A DNA stretch of 64,000 nt from a virus (lineage: Duplodnaviria; Caudoviricetes). The position numbers and the translations under genes are program-made. A model generated the notes under the pieces. It saw only the letters and a list, made by a program, of their open reading frames with translations. It searched no databases and was not told the DNA's origin. Shown here piece after piece: positions 29,538 to 39,020 of the stretch (position 1 is the first letter of the stretch; the number at the start of each line of letters is the position of its first letter). The stretch lies in IMG/VR virus record IMGVR_UViG_3300005076_000002, positions 32,001 to 96,000 of that record. One strand, written 5' to 3'.

Positions 29538-32072
29538 ATGGAACAATGGCTGAAGAAGCATGCGGCTGCCAACGTATGGTGCCGCCCTGCTGCTGACGCC
29601 AGATTGATCGTTGAGCCCAGAAGACTGACTCCTAAAGAAGGGGACATCTACGGGCTCAACGTTTCCGAACACAGCATCAGAATGCCTAAGCCGGATACGT
29701 GGTATCATGTTTTCCAAATAGGGAAGCTCGATCCTGCGTATCTTGGCTTTAGCGCACCATGGGCTGGATGGAAACGTGTAGATCAACTGGTCAATGAAAC
29801 CAACGTGGCCGTTCTTGTATACAACAAGAAGGGCCGGACGTACCCGTTGTCGATGACATGGTTACGTGTGTTGAGCAATGGTAACTTCATCGTTGCTACC
29901 GAGGCCTATGACCAGCTGGTCGACTTCGGTGTCGATGAGCTCTACATTCGTTTCTATAACGGCGCGTTCAATCGTTCCCCGCAATGGAACTCCAACTATC
30001 GCACATTTACTAACAGCAAGATCGTTAGAAGTGGCGATGATATCGTTAACTTTATTACGGAATATAACGAGTCGACTAAGAAACCCGGATACACGTTCGC
30101 TTATGTAAACGGATACCGCGTTAAAACACTTACGCTCGACAACGTAAAGGTTTGGGACTACGTGGAATACTTCCACGACGGTCTGGTTCGGGAAGTGGTG
30201 GAATTCAATGCACATCAACTCCCGTCGTTTACTTCCATCCTGGACAAGAAGAAGAAATATATTCTTCACCCGCCCAAAAAGCGTGAAACCCAGGACTTCA
30301 TCAACGATGTGGAAATCTACGCCTTCCACCAGGCTGGCCAAGGTCGTTATTTCCATGTCAATCAGGCCGATGCACTGCGCCAGCTGACGCACCGTGACTT
30401 CTCTATCGACTCATCCAAGATCGTTAAAATGATTACGGATGAAGGGTGGAGAAATATCAACGAGGTTAAGGTCCGGCTTTATATACGTCGTAGCGGTATC
30501 GATAAGCCTTTAATTTTTGAGGCTAATCGTATCCACGAGCTGTATAAGCTTAAGGACGCTGAGATACTGGCGGCGATGACCGGCACCAATGCGGTGGTTA
30601 AGAACTGGCGGGCTGACGAACTGGAGAAGTGCGCCTATAGCCGACTGATGGCAGCAATGCCTATCAACCTCACCAAAGAGCTGGCAACGGCAGCCTATGG
30701 CTATAACTCCATCAGTTCACTGGCAGCGATGACGCCGCAGGATGTAATCGAGAGTCCTGCCGGCAACTACGTTATCCTCCCACCATTGTTGGCTCGAAAT
30801 GCCACGGTGTACGAGTACGATGCGAATGGTCTGCTGCTCGGCTTCTATCATCATCTGGAGCCTCTGGTAGACCAATACAAGTGTCGCCATGCTGCGGCCG
30901 TGCGGATAGAGGCGATCGAAGGTCGCGGTTCCAACCAGCTCGATATAGACTGGAATGCGGCGGACTACGTCGTAGAGCCTGGGTACAACTACCGCTTCTA
31001 TGTCGAGAAATTGCTCTCTGGCAATGGGACTATGGAATTCGAGGACGTCACTGACACCGATGCTTATCGCATCGACCTCGAAGGTAAGGTAATCTGGAAT
31101 GTTGATCATACCAGACGTCGTCCGGTCATCTGGAAGGACTCACGCTTTACCGCGTACGAGTTCACTGAGGATGCGTACGACGGCACCTACAAGTTCTCCA
31201 TGCAAACCTACAACCCGGTATTGAAGGCGAACGTTCCGCTCAGGTTCTGCCATGAGACATTGGAAGTGTGGCTGAATGGTAAGTCACTGATTGCTGGATT
31301 GGACTTTGTTGTCAATTGGCCGCAGGTAGTGATTTGTAACAAGGAGTATCTGCATGATATCTCCGAGTACCACAAGCCGAAGATCGTTGTGCGTGGTCGC
31401 AATATGGCCAAGGAATACACCCCACCGAAGTTTGGTTATGTCATCAATGGCATGCTGAGCAACAATACCCGTTTCGACGTTCGTGACGATAAAGTTGTTC
31501 GTATCAGTGTTGCCGGCGCTATGAAAGCGCGCAGTGACGTTATCTTCCGTGAGGATACTGCGATTACGCTCAAAGGCGTGGTCAACGGCCAGCCGTACGT
31601 TATTGATGATCCACTCATCCCACTGCGTACAATTCCATCCAGGGACACCTACCCGATGCGGGTAGAGGCGAAAGCCATCGATGTGAAAGTCGAGGACTAT
31701 CTGTCGGTGAAAATCCCTCAACCGCCTGGACTGGTTCATAACCCGATTCCTAAGAAGCATCAGCTCATTAGCCCACTGCTCAATAAGCTGGTACATGATC
31801 TCATCAACGAGATCCTGATTCCGACGGAAGACCCTGACCGTGATTTCATCTCTGCTGAAGAGATGGACGCACTGATGGAAAACTACAAGTACCTGATCGA
31901 ATACGACCCTGTAATTCAGGGAGTCGATACCCGTTATGTGGAGATTCATCCGCACGATGGGGAAACGTTGGTTCTGTTGCGCCCATTGCACTACTCGATC
32001 ATCGAGCGGGCTAACAAGACCTACCTGAACGAACAGGTCGTCATCAACAAGCTCATCAACGTACAGGTGTAA
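29538..32072 (+). CDS. Virion structural protein (phiKZ gp27-like)
   Basis: NVWC.P..D, LRQLTHRDFS, EANRIHELYKL, AYGYN motifs; synteny. Confidence 0.75.
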   Translation: MEQWLKKHAAANVWCRPAADARLIVEPRRLTPKEGDIYGLNVSEHSIRMPKPDTWYHVFQIGKLDPAYLGFSAPWAGWKRVDQLVNETNVAVLVYNKKGRTYPLSMTWLRVLSNGNFIVATEAYDQLVDFGVDELYIRFYNGAFNRSPQWNSNYRTFTNSKIVRSGDDIVNFITEYNESTKKPGYTFAYVNGYRVKTLTLDNVKVWDYVEYFHDGLVREVVEFNAHQLPSFTSILDKKKKYILHPPKKRETQDFINDVEIYAFHQAGQGRYFHVNQADALRQLTHRDFSIDSSKIVKMITDEGWRNINEVKVRLYIRRSGIDKPLIFEANRIHELYKLKDAEILAAMTGTNAVVKNWRADELEKCAYSRLMAAMPINLTKELATAAYGYNSISSLAAMTPQDVIESPAGNYVILPPLLARNATVYEYDANGLLLGFYHHLEPLVDQYKCRHAAAVRIEAIEGRGSNQLDIDWNAADYVVEPGYNYRFYVEKLLSGNGTMEFEDVTDTDAYRIDLEGKVIWNVDHTRRRPVIWKDSRFTAYEFTEDAYDGTYKFSMQTYNPVLKANVPLRFCHETLEVWLNGKSLIAGLDFVVNWPQVVICNKEYLHDISEYHKPKIVVRGRNMAKEYTPPKFGYVINGMLSNNTRFDVRDDKVVRISVAGAMKARSDVIFREDTAITLKGVVNGQPYVIDDPLIPLRTIPSRDTYPMRVEAKAIDVKVEDYLSVKIPQPPGLVHNPIPKKHQLISPLLNKLVHDLINEILIPTEDPDRDFISAEEMDALMENYKYLIEYDPVIQGVDTRYVEIHPHDGETLVLLRPLHYSIIERANKTYLNEQVVINKLINVQV

Positions 32073-32073
32073 T

Positions 32074-33747
32074 ATGAGTAATAATGAACATACGCATCCT
32101 GGCGGAGTAGGTGTGCCGGTCTATGAGCCGGCACGTCCGTGGCGTTGGATCCATGAGAGCGATCTCTACACTGGCCCTACCGGTAAGGGCCAGATCTTTC
32201 CAAACGTTCGCGACTACATCGCCTACGACAGCGGTTACGTAAAACGCTGTATTGAAGCCGACGGGACCAACTTTACTTACAAGCTGGTCGATTGGGTTCC
32301 GATTACCGTGGGTAACAAGAATCCTATCATCGGCGGATGTGCGCCGAGTAAGTCCGAAACCTTCCGTGTTTTGATCGACCCCACCAAACACCCCTATACA
32401 CTTCGTGTAGACCCGAGACTGGCCTGGGGTGGTGTTGACCTGGACTCGCTCGCGGTATTCCGTGGTAGTGATTACAGCGACAGCGGTGAGCGTATCTCGG
32501 CAGTTTATGAAAACGGCCAGGTCACGAGCGACAACATTCCACTCGTACTTCGTGAAGTCGATAACGTGGATAACATCTGTACCTACGTTGCCGGTAAAGG
32601 CATTGCTAAATCACTGCCTAAAAACGGCGAACGCGGTATCGTTGTTGTTTATGATGACACGCATGAAGTTGCATCCTATTGCGAGATTATCTTCGTCCTG
32701 ACCAATGTGATCATGGCCGCTGAGAATCCGTCCAAGCAGGTGCTCGACCTCAAGCTGAAATCTCCGTTCATTTCGCCCGCCGATGAGAACGTGCTGATGC
32801 TCCCCATCAACATTCCGCTGGATGACATCCCGTTGTCTGTCGAAGTGGTTTACAACGATGGTCGTCGCATTATGCCGGTGGATGGTAACCGTGTGCGGCT
32901 GACCGGCCTTCGTAACTCCGGTGCTCACGATACCTTCTTCATCAGTACCCAGCTCGGCCAGACGCTACCTCTTCAGCTGGCCTACACGCTCGCTAAAGGC
33001 GAGTCGTACGTGGGCGCTGATTTGATTGACGGTGTCATCTGTCGCGATTACGAGGCAGTTACCGAGGCAGTTAAGGGTGCATACAGCCTCAAGCTGTTTG
33101 TGGTACCTCGTTGGCTCGACGCTGGTCGCGGTTATCGTCTCGAGTATTATCTGCTGAACCTGGATCGTGGTACCGCCATTCTGGCGACCAACTACGTGAA
33201 GCCGGCAGTCAATGCACCAATCTTTGACCCGACGCTGTACGGTACTCGTCAGCGCTTGCAAGTCAATATCGATGCAAGTAAGGCCAGCTCCATCTATGTC
33301 CCGCACATCCACAGTCAATCGTTCGCGATTACACTGCTGGCACCGGGCACGGATAAGCGCGATAACTTCCTGATTGAATACCATCAGAACCAGCCTGAAT
33401 TTGGCGCGGGCTGCTTTGCCAAGTTCCGCTTTGACAACGTCACCTTCTGGATGCTCGACATCCGTTGCGGTGCGACCAGCAAAGCAGAGTGGCTGGAGAA
33501 GCTCTATCGTAAAGTCTATCCGCTGTTTGACCAACGTACCGAAGATAAAGCGCCTGACCCGACCCATATGGAAATCGTGACAGGTACTAAGTCGTACATC
33601 ATGTCCGTTGATCAATGGGTGGCCCCGTTCCACATTGACTTCCAAGTCAATGAAGGGGAGACCATTCAGATCAAGTGGATCAAACGTACGCCGACGGATG
33701 ACCTCATTCTCGGTATTACGCCGCTGGTCTGCCATCAGATGGCATAA
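32074..33747 (+). CDS. Virion structural protein (phiKZ gp26-like)
   Basis: W.W...E..YTGP.G....PNV.D, SPF, AYSLKLF..P.W...GYRL motifs; synteny with terminase. Confidence 0.75.
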   Translation: MSNNEHTHPGGVGVPVYEPARPWRWIHESDLYTGPTGKGQIFPNVRDYIAYDSGYVKRCIEADGTNFTYKLVDWVPITVGNKNPIIGGCAPSKSETFRVLIDPTKHPYTLRVDPRLAWGGVDLDSLAVFRGSDYSDSGERISAVYENGQVTSDNIPLVLREVDNVDNICTYVAGKGIAKSLPKNGERGIVVVYDDTHEVASYCEIIFVLTNVIMAAENPSKQVLDLKLKSPFISPADENVLMLPINIPLDDIPLSVEVVYNDGRRIMPVDGNRVRLTGLRNSGAHDTFFISTQLGQTLPLQLAYTLAKGESYVGADLIDGVICRDYEAVTEAVKGAYSLKLFVVPRWLDAGRGYRLEYYLLNLDRGTAILATNYVKPAVNAPIFDPTLYGTRQRLQVNIDASKASSIYVPHIHSQSFAITLLAPGTDKRDNFLIEYHQNQPEFGAGCFAKFRFDNVTFWMLDIRCGATSKAEWLEKLYRKVYPLFDQRTEDKAPDPTHMEIVTGTKSYIMSVDQWVAPFHIDFQVNEGETIQIKWIKRTPTDDLILGITPLVCHQMA

Positions 33748-33798
33748 GCTAAGGGGCCTCGTGCCCCTTACGCTTTTTATATAGGAGTAGAAAAAACT

Positions 33799-35910
33799 AT
33801 GATCCTAAGACGATCAGACTGGGCTTTCTACCCCGACGCAGTCTATGACCTCAATACCAACAATGAAAGCTTTCTAAAGCTTGCATTTATCCATAGAGAG
33901 CTCGGGGTTAAAGAATGGTATTTGTGTCTTGCATTGACACTCCCCGAACTTTCTGGGGTTAATCCGCACAGTTCCGGTTTGGACTTTGAAACCAAGACCA
34001 AGATCTCCTATGAGATGATTGACAACTTCTGGTATTACTTCCGTGAGGTAGCCAGAGTTCCGCAAGACGGTGGCGACCCAACACCATTTGGCATACATCG
34101 TGGTTCGTTTGCTCTTTACTGGGCATTCTTCAACAACATCGACGTGGCGCTACTTCTTATCCGTCAGCAAGGTAAGACAGTGGCCGTTGCTGAGCTGTTA
34201 GTTTATCTAAAACGAACCCTACGCGGTGCGCGTACGATTCTTATGACACGTGGTTCGGATCTGCGTATTGAAACCATTTCGAAGATGAAACAGATACGGG
34301 ATGAGCTCCCTCAATATCTGTGGAAACATTCAAGAGATGATGCCGACAATACGGAGTCATTTACCTATGTAGCACGCGACACTAAACTGATCACGTGTAT
34401 TGCGCAGAACAGTGCTGAAGCGGCATTGTCTGCTGGCCGGGGACTAACCACTCCCAGACTCTTTAGTGATGAAACGGCCTTTACTAAATTCATTCGTATC
34501 ATGCTGCCAGCGGCATTGGGTGCGGGTACTACTGCACGCCGTAATGCCGAATCTGCCGGTATTCCATATGGGAACGTGTTCACTACAACGCCTGGTAAAC
34601 GGGATGAGCCTGACGGCAAATTTGTTTATGACATGTTCCACGGAGGCTACTTCTGGGACGAGAAGCTTATTGACATACCAACGCGTCAGGAGCTGATCGA
34701 TTACATCAACCGAAACTCTACGGGTGACCGTACACTTCTTCATGCGCCGTTTACGCACCGTCAATTAGGCATGACTGACCATGAGCTGTATAAGGCCATG
34801 GCTAACGCCGGTGGTACTTATGAAGAAAAGCTCCGTGACTACGGTCTTCAATGGACTGCTGGTAGTCTGATGTCTCCTCTCACCGTAGAGGAAGCAGAGA
34901 CTATTCGTAAGAGTCTTGAGGTGCCGAAGTACCTGGAGATTTGCAAGGGTAACTATATCATCAAATGGTATTACCCTGAACACGAAATTGCAGAAAGGCT
35001 TAAGGTAAAACATATCATCGGTCTGGATACATCAGATGCAGTAGGCCGCGATGCTATCTCGTTTGTCATGATCAACTCTGAAACGTTGGAAACAGCGGCG
35101 ACGTGTGTGGTGAACGAGAGTAACCTCGTGGTCTATGCTAACTGGTTAGCCGACGTGATGATTCGTTATACGGATACAATCTTGGTTATCGAACGTAAGT
35201 CGAGTGCCCCTACCATGATTGACACCTTACTGCTGAAGCTTCCGGCTAAGGGTATTGACCCATGCCGTAGGCTTTACAATGCCATTGTACAGAAACGTGA
35301 CGATGGTGATGGCGACCTCATTACTTGGCAACGCATGCGCAAGCCCGGTAATGATAGTTTTTACGATATCTATCGTAAACACTTCGGCTTTGTCACTACT
35401 GGGGCTTTACGTGACAATCTTTACTCAGACACCCTAAAGAACGCGGTGAAAATCGCGGGCAAGAATCTGCGGGACAAAACGCTGGGTAATGAACTGCTGG
35501 CGCTCGTCATTAAGAATGACCGTATTGACCACAAGGCCAGCGGCCACGATGACTGTGTTATCGCATGGCTAATGGCGTGTTGGTTCATGTTTTACGGGAG
35601 GCGCTTGGACTTTTACGGCGTGTCAAATAAGATCCTCATGAAGAGGCAGTGGATTCATGCTGAAGGTGGGGATTTTGACGAAGCCGAACTTCTCAGGGAA
35701 GAGGAAGAACAGAGGGAGATCGCATCTGAAATCGACGTGCTCTGTACTGCGATTGCTGGAACACGATCACCTTATCTTAAAACAACTTTGGAGCGACAGT
35801 TACGTGTTAAACTCAGCCAGCTCCGGCTTGATACCAGTCAAGCCTCGACTATCGCTGAGTTACAGGAACTGATACGTAACGAGAAGATCAAAACGAGGTA
35901 TCTCTCATGA
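33799..35910 (+). CDS. terL: Terminase large subunit (phiKZ gp25-like)
   Basis: Walker A IRQQGKT, GRGLT, Walker B LFSDE, TTTPG, nuclease GLDTS and GHDD motifs. Confidence 0.93.
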   Translation: MILRRSDWAFYPDAVYDLNTNNESFLKLAFIHRELGVKEWYLCLALTLPELSGVNPHSSGLDFETKTKISYEMIDNFWYYFREVARVPQDGGDPTPFGIHRGSFALYWAFFNNIDVALLLIRQQGKTVAVAELLVYLKRTLRGARTILMTRGSDLRIETISKMKQIRDELPQYLWKHSRDDADNTESFTYVARDTKLITCIAQNSAEAALSAGRGLTTPRLFSDETAFTKFIRIMLPAALGAGTTARRNAESAGIPYGNVFTTTPGKRDEPDGKFVYDMFHGGYFWDEKLIDIPTRQELIDYINRNSTGDRTLLHAPFTHRQLGMTDHELYKAMANAGGTYEEKLRDYGLQWTAGSLMSPLTVEEAETIRKSLEVPKYLEICKGNYIIKWYYPEHEIAERLKVKHIIGLDTSDAVGRDAISFVMINSETLETAATCVVNESNLVVYANWLADVMIRYTDTILVIERKSSAPTMIDTLLLKLPAKGIDPCRRLYNAIVQKRDDGDGDLITWQRMRKPGNDSFYDIYRKHFGFVTTGALRDNLYSDTLKNAVKIAGKNLRDKTLGNELLALVIKNDRIDHKASGHDDCVIAWLMACWFMFYGRRLDFYGVSNKILMKRQWIHAEGGDFDEAELLREEEEQREIASEIDVLCTAIAGTRSPYLKTTLERQLRVKLSQLRLDTSQASTIAELQELIRNEKIKTRYLS

Positions 35911-36119
35911 GTACACAGCTTGTAGTTATGATTGCAATAGTCATAAATGCACTGTTGTTGTTACTGTGTGTACACTCAACTATGGGTGTTCGCAAAATGG
36001 TGATTGCGCATTTCGGACAGGTAAGTCGCTATATTACACCAAGTCTGTCTGTAGGTTTCGTGCTCATCGCAGGTTTCATCAACAGCTACATTCACAGTGT
36101 GTACGCTATTCTCCAATAA
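35907..36119 (+). CDS. Small membrane protein with two hydrophobic segments
   Basis: ATGA overlap with terminase; two hydrophobic stretches. Confidence 0.6.
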   Translation: MSTQLVVMIAIVINALLLLLCVHSTMGVRKMVIAHFGQVSRYITPSLSVGFVLIAGFINSYIHSVYAILQ

Positions 36120-36130
36120 TAGCCCCAAGA

Positions 36131-36160
36131 GCTAGTAGGCGAAAGCCTACTAGCCTTTTT
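36131..36160 (+). terminator. Intrinsic terminator
   Basis: GCTAGTAGGC-GAAA-GCCTACTAGC-CTTTTT. Confidence 0.8.
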
Positions 36161-36168
36161 GCTCCAAC

Positions 36169-36225
36169 TTTGAATAAAAAAGATTTCAGACATATATTAC
36201 CTTGGTGAGATTAGATACTAATCTT
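36169..36225 (+). promoter_or_regulatory. Early promoter plus 5' hairpin, copy 2 of the 57-bp repeat
   Basis: TATATTAC at 36193-36200; hairpin at 36207-36225. Confidence 0.8.
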
Positions 36226-36257
36226 AGTACCTTCTAACGATCGCTAAGGAGATAGCT

Positions 36258-36536
36258 ATGATCCCGTCCTATGATAAAGCAATTGAATGCGGCATCAAAG
36301 ACCAATCTGTTCGCATTCCTGGACTGGGTGTAGTACCGTCCTATAAGGGCAGTGCCTACATCCACATTGATGGTCGTGTATACCACGCCATCGGTTTTCC
36401 TGCCGTAGTAGTCGGCAACAAACTGGTATCGAATGGTTATATCGATATCCAACGTATCAAACATCCCGCCGCTGCCACGGCTAAGAAGGAGACCTCCGGC
36501 TTTAGCCTGGGCAGGTTTCTTGGGTTTGCATTCTAA
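36258..36536 (+). CDS. Early hypothetical protein
   Basis: TAAGGAG SD. Confidence 0.7.
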   Translation: MIPSYDKAIECGIKDQSVRIPGLGVVPSYKGSAYIHIDGRVYHAIGFPAVVVGNKLVSNGYIDIQRIKHPAAATAKKETSGFSLGRFLGFAF

Positions 36537-36553
36537 CAATGAGGAAGAGTAAT

Positions 36554-36676
36554 ATGTCTAATCGTGAACTGCTCAAACGAGTTAAGTCTGATCTCTCAAA
36601 TCAGTCCCAGGGAGCTGCTAACTGGAAACTTCAGCAGCAAAGAGAACGCACTAAGAGTAAGCCTAAGCTGCCATGA
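36554..36676 (+). CDS. 40-aa basic early peptide
   Basis: GAGGAAG SD; MSNRELLKRVKSDLSNQSQGAANWKLQQQRERTKSKPKLP. Confidence 0.5.
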   Translation: MSNRELLKRVKSDLSNQSQGAANWKLQQQRERTKSKPKLP

Positions 36677-36767
36677 TGGCTTATGGCTTCCTAAGTATAC
36701 CCTTAAGTGCGTTTAGGAAGTGTTAATCCCGTGGCCGTAATGGCTTAATCTAGTGATGGAGTAAATA

Positions 36768-37571
36768 ATGATTACAATCGATTTGAATTCCTACAATGTG
36801 GATGGATTCGTGCCCGGTGAACTGGCCCTGCAAATGCATGGCGATGGCGGATACCTTAACGTAAAGTTAGTCAAGGGTATGTTCGTGGGAAGTTGTCGGA
36901 TCTACTTCCCTGGCGAAGATAATCCTATCGCCATAGTAGTCCCCACCGCCGGCGTTTTCACGCAGGCAGACTTGCACATTCCGATATACAACGCCCTGAA
37001 CTGGATGCTGAGCGCGTTGTCTGTAAAGATCAGCTACGCCACTAACGTGGTAGGTACCTACCTCCTCCAGCGCTTCAAAGACGAAACCGGCATCGATTTT
37101 GAAAACGCACTGATCATGGAGGAGCTCACACGACTGCGTGAAGAACTCCTCCTGGCCGAGCCCATCGCTCACCGACTGCCGGAGGCTGGGACCGCCATCT
37201 CCCTGCCCGGTCTCGTTATCAAGTATAACGACATGCGCTTCCTCGTAAACGAGCGCTGGGGTGTGATCGGGGATTTGGGTGCCATCGGTAGCCATCGGGG
37301 TGGACGGACGATCGGTACGTTCTTCCGACCGAACGTAGTGCTGACTCTGAAATCGCTGGCATACGACGTGGACTTGTCGGCAATCGCACCGTACGACTTG
37401 ATCGGACTGATCGACAACTACGCCGAAATGGCTCGTAGCATCGAAAACGACGTCCTCGGTGACCGTCGTGGCAGACGCGAGCGCAGTCGCGAACGCGAGC
37501 GTGGCTCACGTAGTCTCAGTGACGATCGTGATGACCATGAGCGTCCTGGTCGCGGTACTCGCGGCCGGTAA
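36768..37571 (+). CDS. Early hypothetical protein with an Arg/Glu/Asp/Ser-rich tail
   Basis: GGAG SD; C-terminus DRRGRRERSRERERGSRS...RGR. Confidence 0.75.
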   Translation: MITIDLNSYNVDGFVPGELALQMHGDGGYLNVKLVKGMFVGSCRIYFPGEDNPIAIVVPTAGVFTQADLHIPIYNALNWMLSALSVKISYATNVVGTYLLQRFKDETGIDFENALIMEELTRLREELLLAEPIAHRLPEAGTAISLPGLVIKYNDMRFLVNERWGVIGDLGAIGSHRGGRTIGTFFRPNVVLTLKSLAYDVDLSAIAPYDLIGLIDNYAEMARSIENDVLGDRRGRRERSRERERGSRSLSDDRDDHERPGRGTRGR

Positions 37572-37572
37572 A

Positions 37573-37614
37573 ACAAATAAAAAGCAGGGGCCCGAAGGCC
37601 CCTCTTTTTTTTGC
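37573..37614. terminator. Bidirectional terminator, repeat copy 2
   Basis: Same hairpin as 22899-22945. Confidence 0.85.
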
Positions 37615-37616
37615 CT

Positions 37617-38933
37617 TTATTTGTACTGGTTTGATGCCAAAGCCCGCAGGAGGAAATAAAGCATCAGGGAACTTCTCGCAGAAGCCAATGCGGCAGATGA
37701 ACGCAGGTGGCTATTCTTTTTAACGAACTTCTCAATGCGTGAACGCAATTCCAAAAGCAGTGGGTCGGATGTTTTAGACGACATATACAGCGCTTTCATC
37801 TTGATGAGGATAGCACCGACGTCGTTAAAACGCACGCGGTTCTTGGCGATATAATCGAATGCATGCAGGAGGGTATTCTCCATCATCCACTCAATCTCCC
37901 GCCGTTCTTTACCTTCCGGCGCCCGAGCGATGGTTTGCAGCAAACTGATAAACGCGTTCTCGGATACCGACGTCATCAGTTTAAGCACAACATCAATCAG
38001 ATCGCGTTTGATGAAACTGGCTTCGTTACCGGAAACATCAAACAAGTAATAGCGGGCTGTGTTGTAAGCACTCACCTGATCTTTGATGATCTTATCCCCA
38101 TCCATCGACAACATGGTTGATGAAGTGGACTGGATACGCAGGTTACCTCGACGGACGTTATCGAGCACACCGTACATATCAATGATCGTACCTTTGGAAC
38201 GTGTCTGAAGGTCGGTGATAATACGAGTTACTGCCATGTCGTCGGCGAACTGTTTGAGCGGTTTATAGCGAATGCTGTCAGGCGCAATCAAACGCTCTCC
38301 ACGGTCGCGCATCAGTGCGCCCCAGCTACCTAGTTGCTTAAGAGCAAACTTAAGCGTAAGGGCCGCATAGGTGGCTTCTGCGGCATCTTGGTCTACAGGC
38401 TTAGCAAAGAAGTTGTACCAGATAGAGGTGTAGAACTTGAACTGGAGTACCACAGCTGCTTCGATCATTGCCTCTTGTGCCAGCTTGTCATTGGCGATAG
38501 ACGATACGAGCAGGCGATGGATTACCCAGATACAACTCAAGTTGAAGGGATCCGAGGCTACTTTCCAGTCCGTGTTCAGATAGTTGGTAGAGTGAACACA
38601 CTCGCGGAGATATTCTTCATCAATGCCAAGGACCTCATCAAACCAACGATTCCGATCGGCATCTAAGAACTTGATGCGTTCTACGCCAAGAAGGTTACCG
38701 CCAAAGAAACGGATATGGTCATCGTTTTTGGTGGCGAGGTTCTTGCTGTAGGAAATAACCGCCTTAGCGAGTTTAGCGTTACCTACGACATCCCCTGCGG
38801 CTTCCTCGAAAGCTTCGCGAAGGGTGGCATACTTAACACCAGAAGGTTGGTCTATCGCTTCTAAACCTGGACTCTTGGGACTGAACCCACCAGCAAAGGC
38901 TGAGAATGCGGCTAACGTCTTTTCAAACGGCAT
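37617..38933 (-). CDS. Conserved virion/head protein (phiKZ gp32-like)
   Basis: DHIRFFGGNLLG, V.SDPFNLS, KFALKQ.GSW motifs; ATG 38933 follows GAGGA with a TATG motif just upstream; N-terminal PGLE|A site. Confidence 0.7.
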   Translation of the reverse strand: MPFEKTLAAFSAFAGGFSPKSPGLEAIDQPSGVKYATLREAFEEAAGDVVGNAKLAKAVISYSKNLATKNDDHIRFFGGNLLGVERIKFLDADRNRWFDEVLGIDEEYLRECVHSTNYLNTDWKVASDPFNLSCIWVIHRLLVSSIANDKLAQEAMIEAAVVLQFKFYTSIWYNFFAKPVDQDAAEATYAALTLKFALKQLGSWGALMRDRGERLIAPDSIRYKPLKQFADDMAVTRIITDLQTRSKGTIIDMYGVLDNVRRGNLRIQSTSSTMLSMDGDKIIKDQVSAYNTARYYLFDVSGNEASFIKRDLIDVVLKLMTSVSENAFISLLQTIARAPEGKERREIEWMMENTLLHAFDYIAKNRVRFNDVGAILIKMKALYMSSKTSDPLLLELRSRIEKFVKKNSHLRSSAALASARSSLMLYFLLRALASNQYK

Positions 38934-38951
38934 TGTCAATTCCTCATAGTT

Positions 38952-38982
38952 AAAAACTTTTCAGGCATATGTTATCTGAGTG
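38952..38982 (+). promoter_or_regulatory. Early-type promoter
   Basis: AAAAACTTTTCAGGCA-TATGTTATC-TGA-GTG. Confidence 0.6.
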
Positions 38983-39020
38983 AAGTTAACGTTGTAATTC
39001 AATTAATTGGAGCCCTAACC

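Noticed and set aside
35907-36119. Holin call for the two-helix protein after terminase
   Set aside because: No adjacent endolysin and no charged C-terminal tail; hydrophobicity alone is insufficient.
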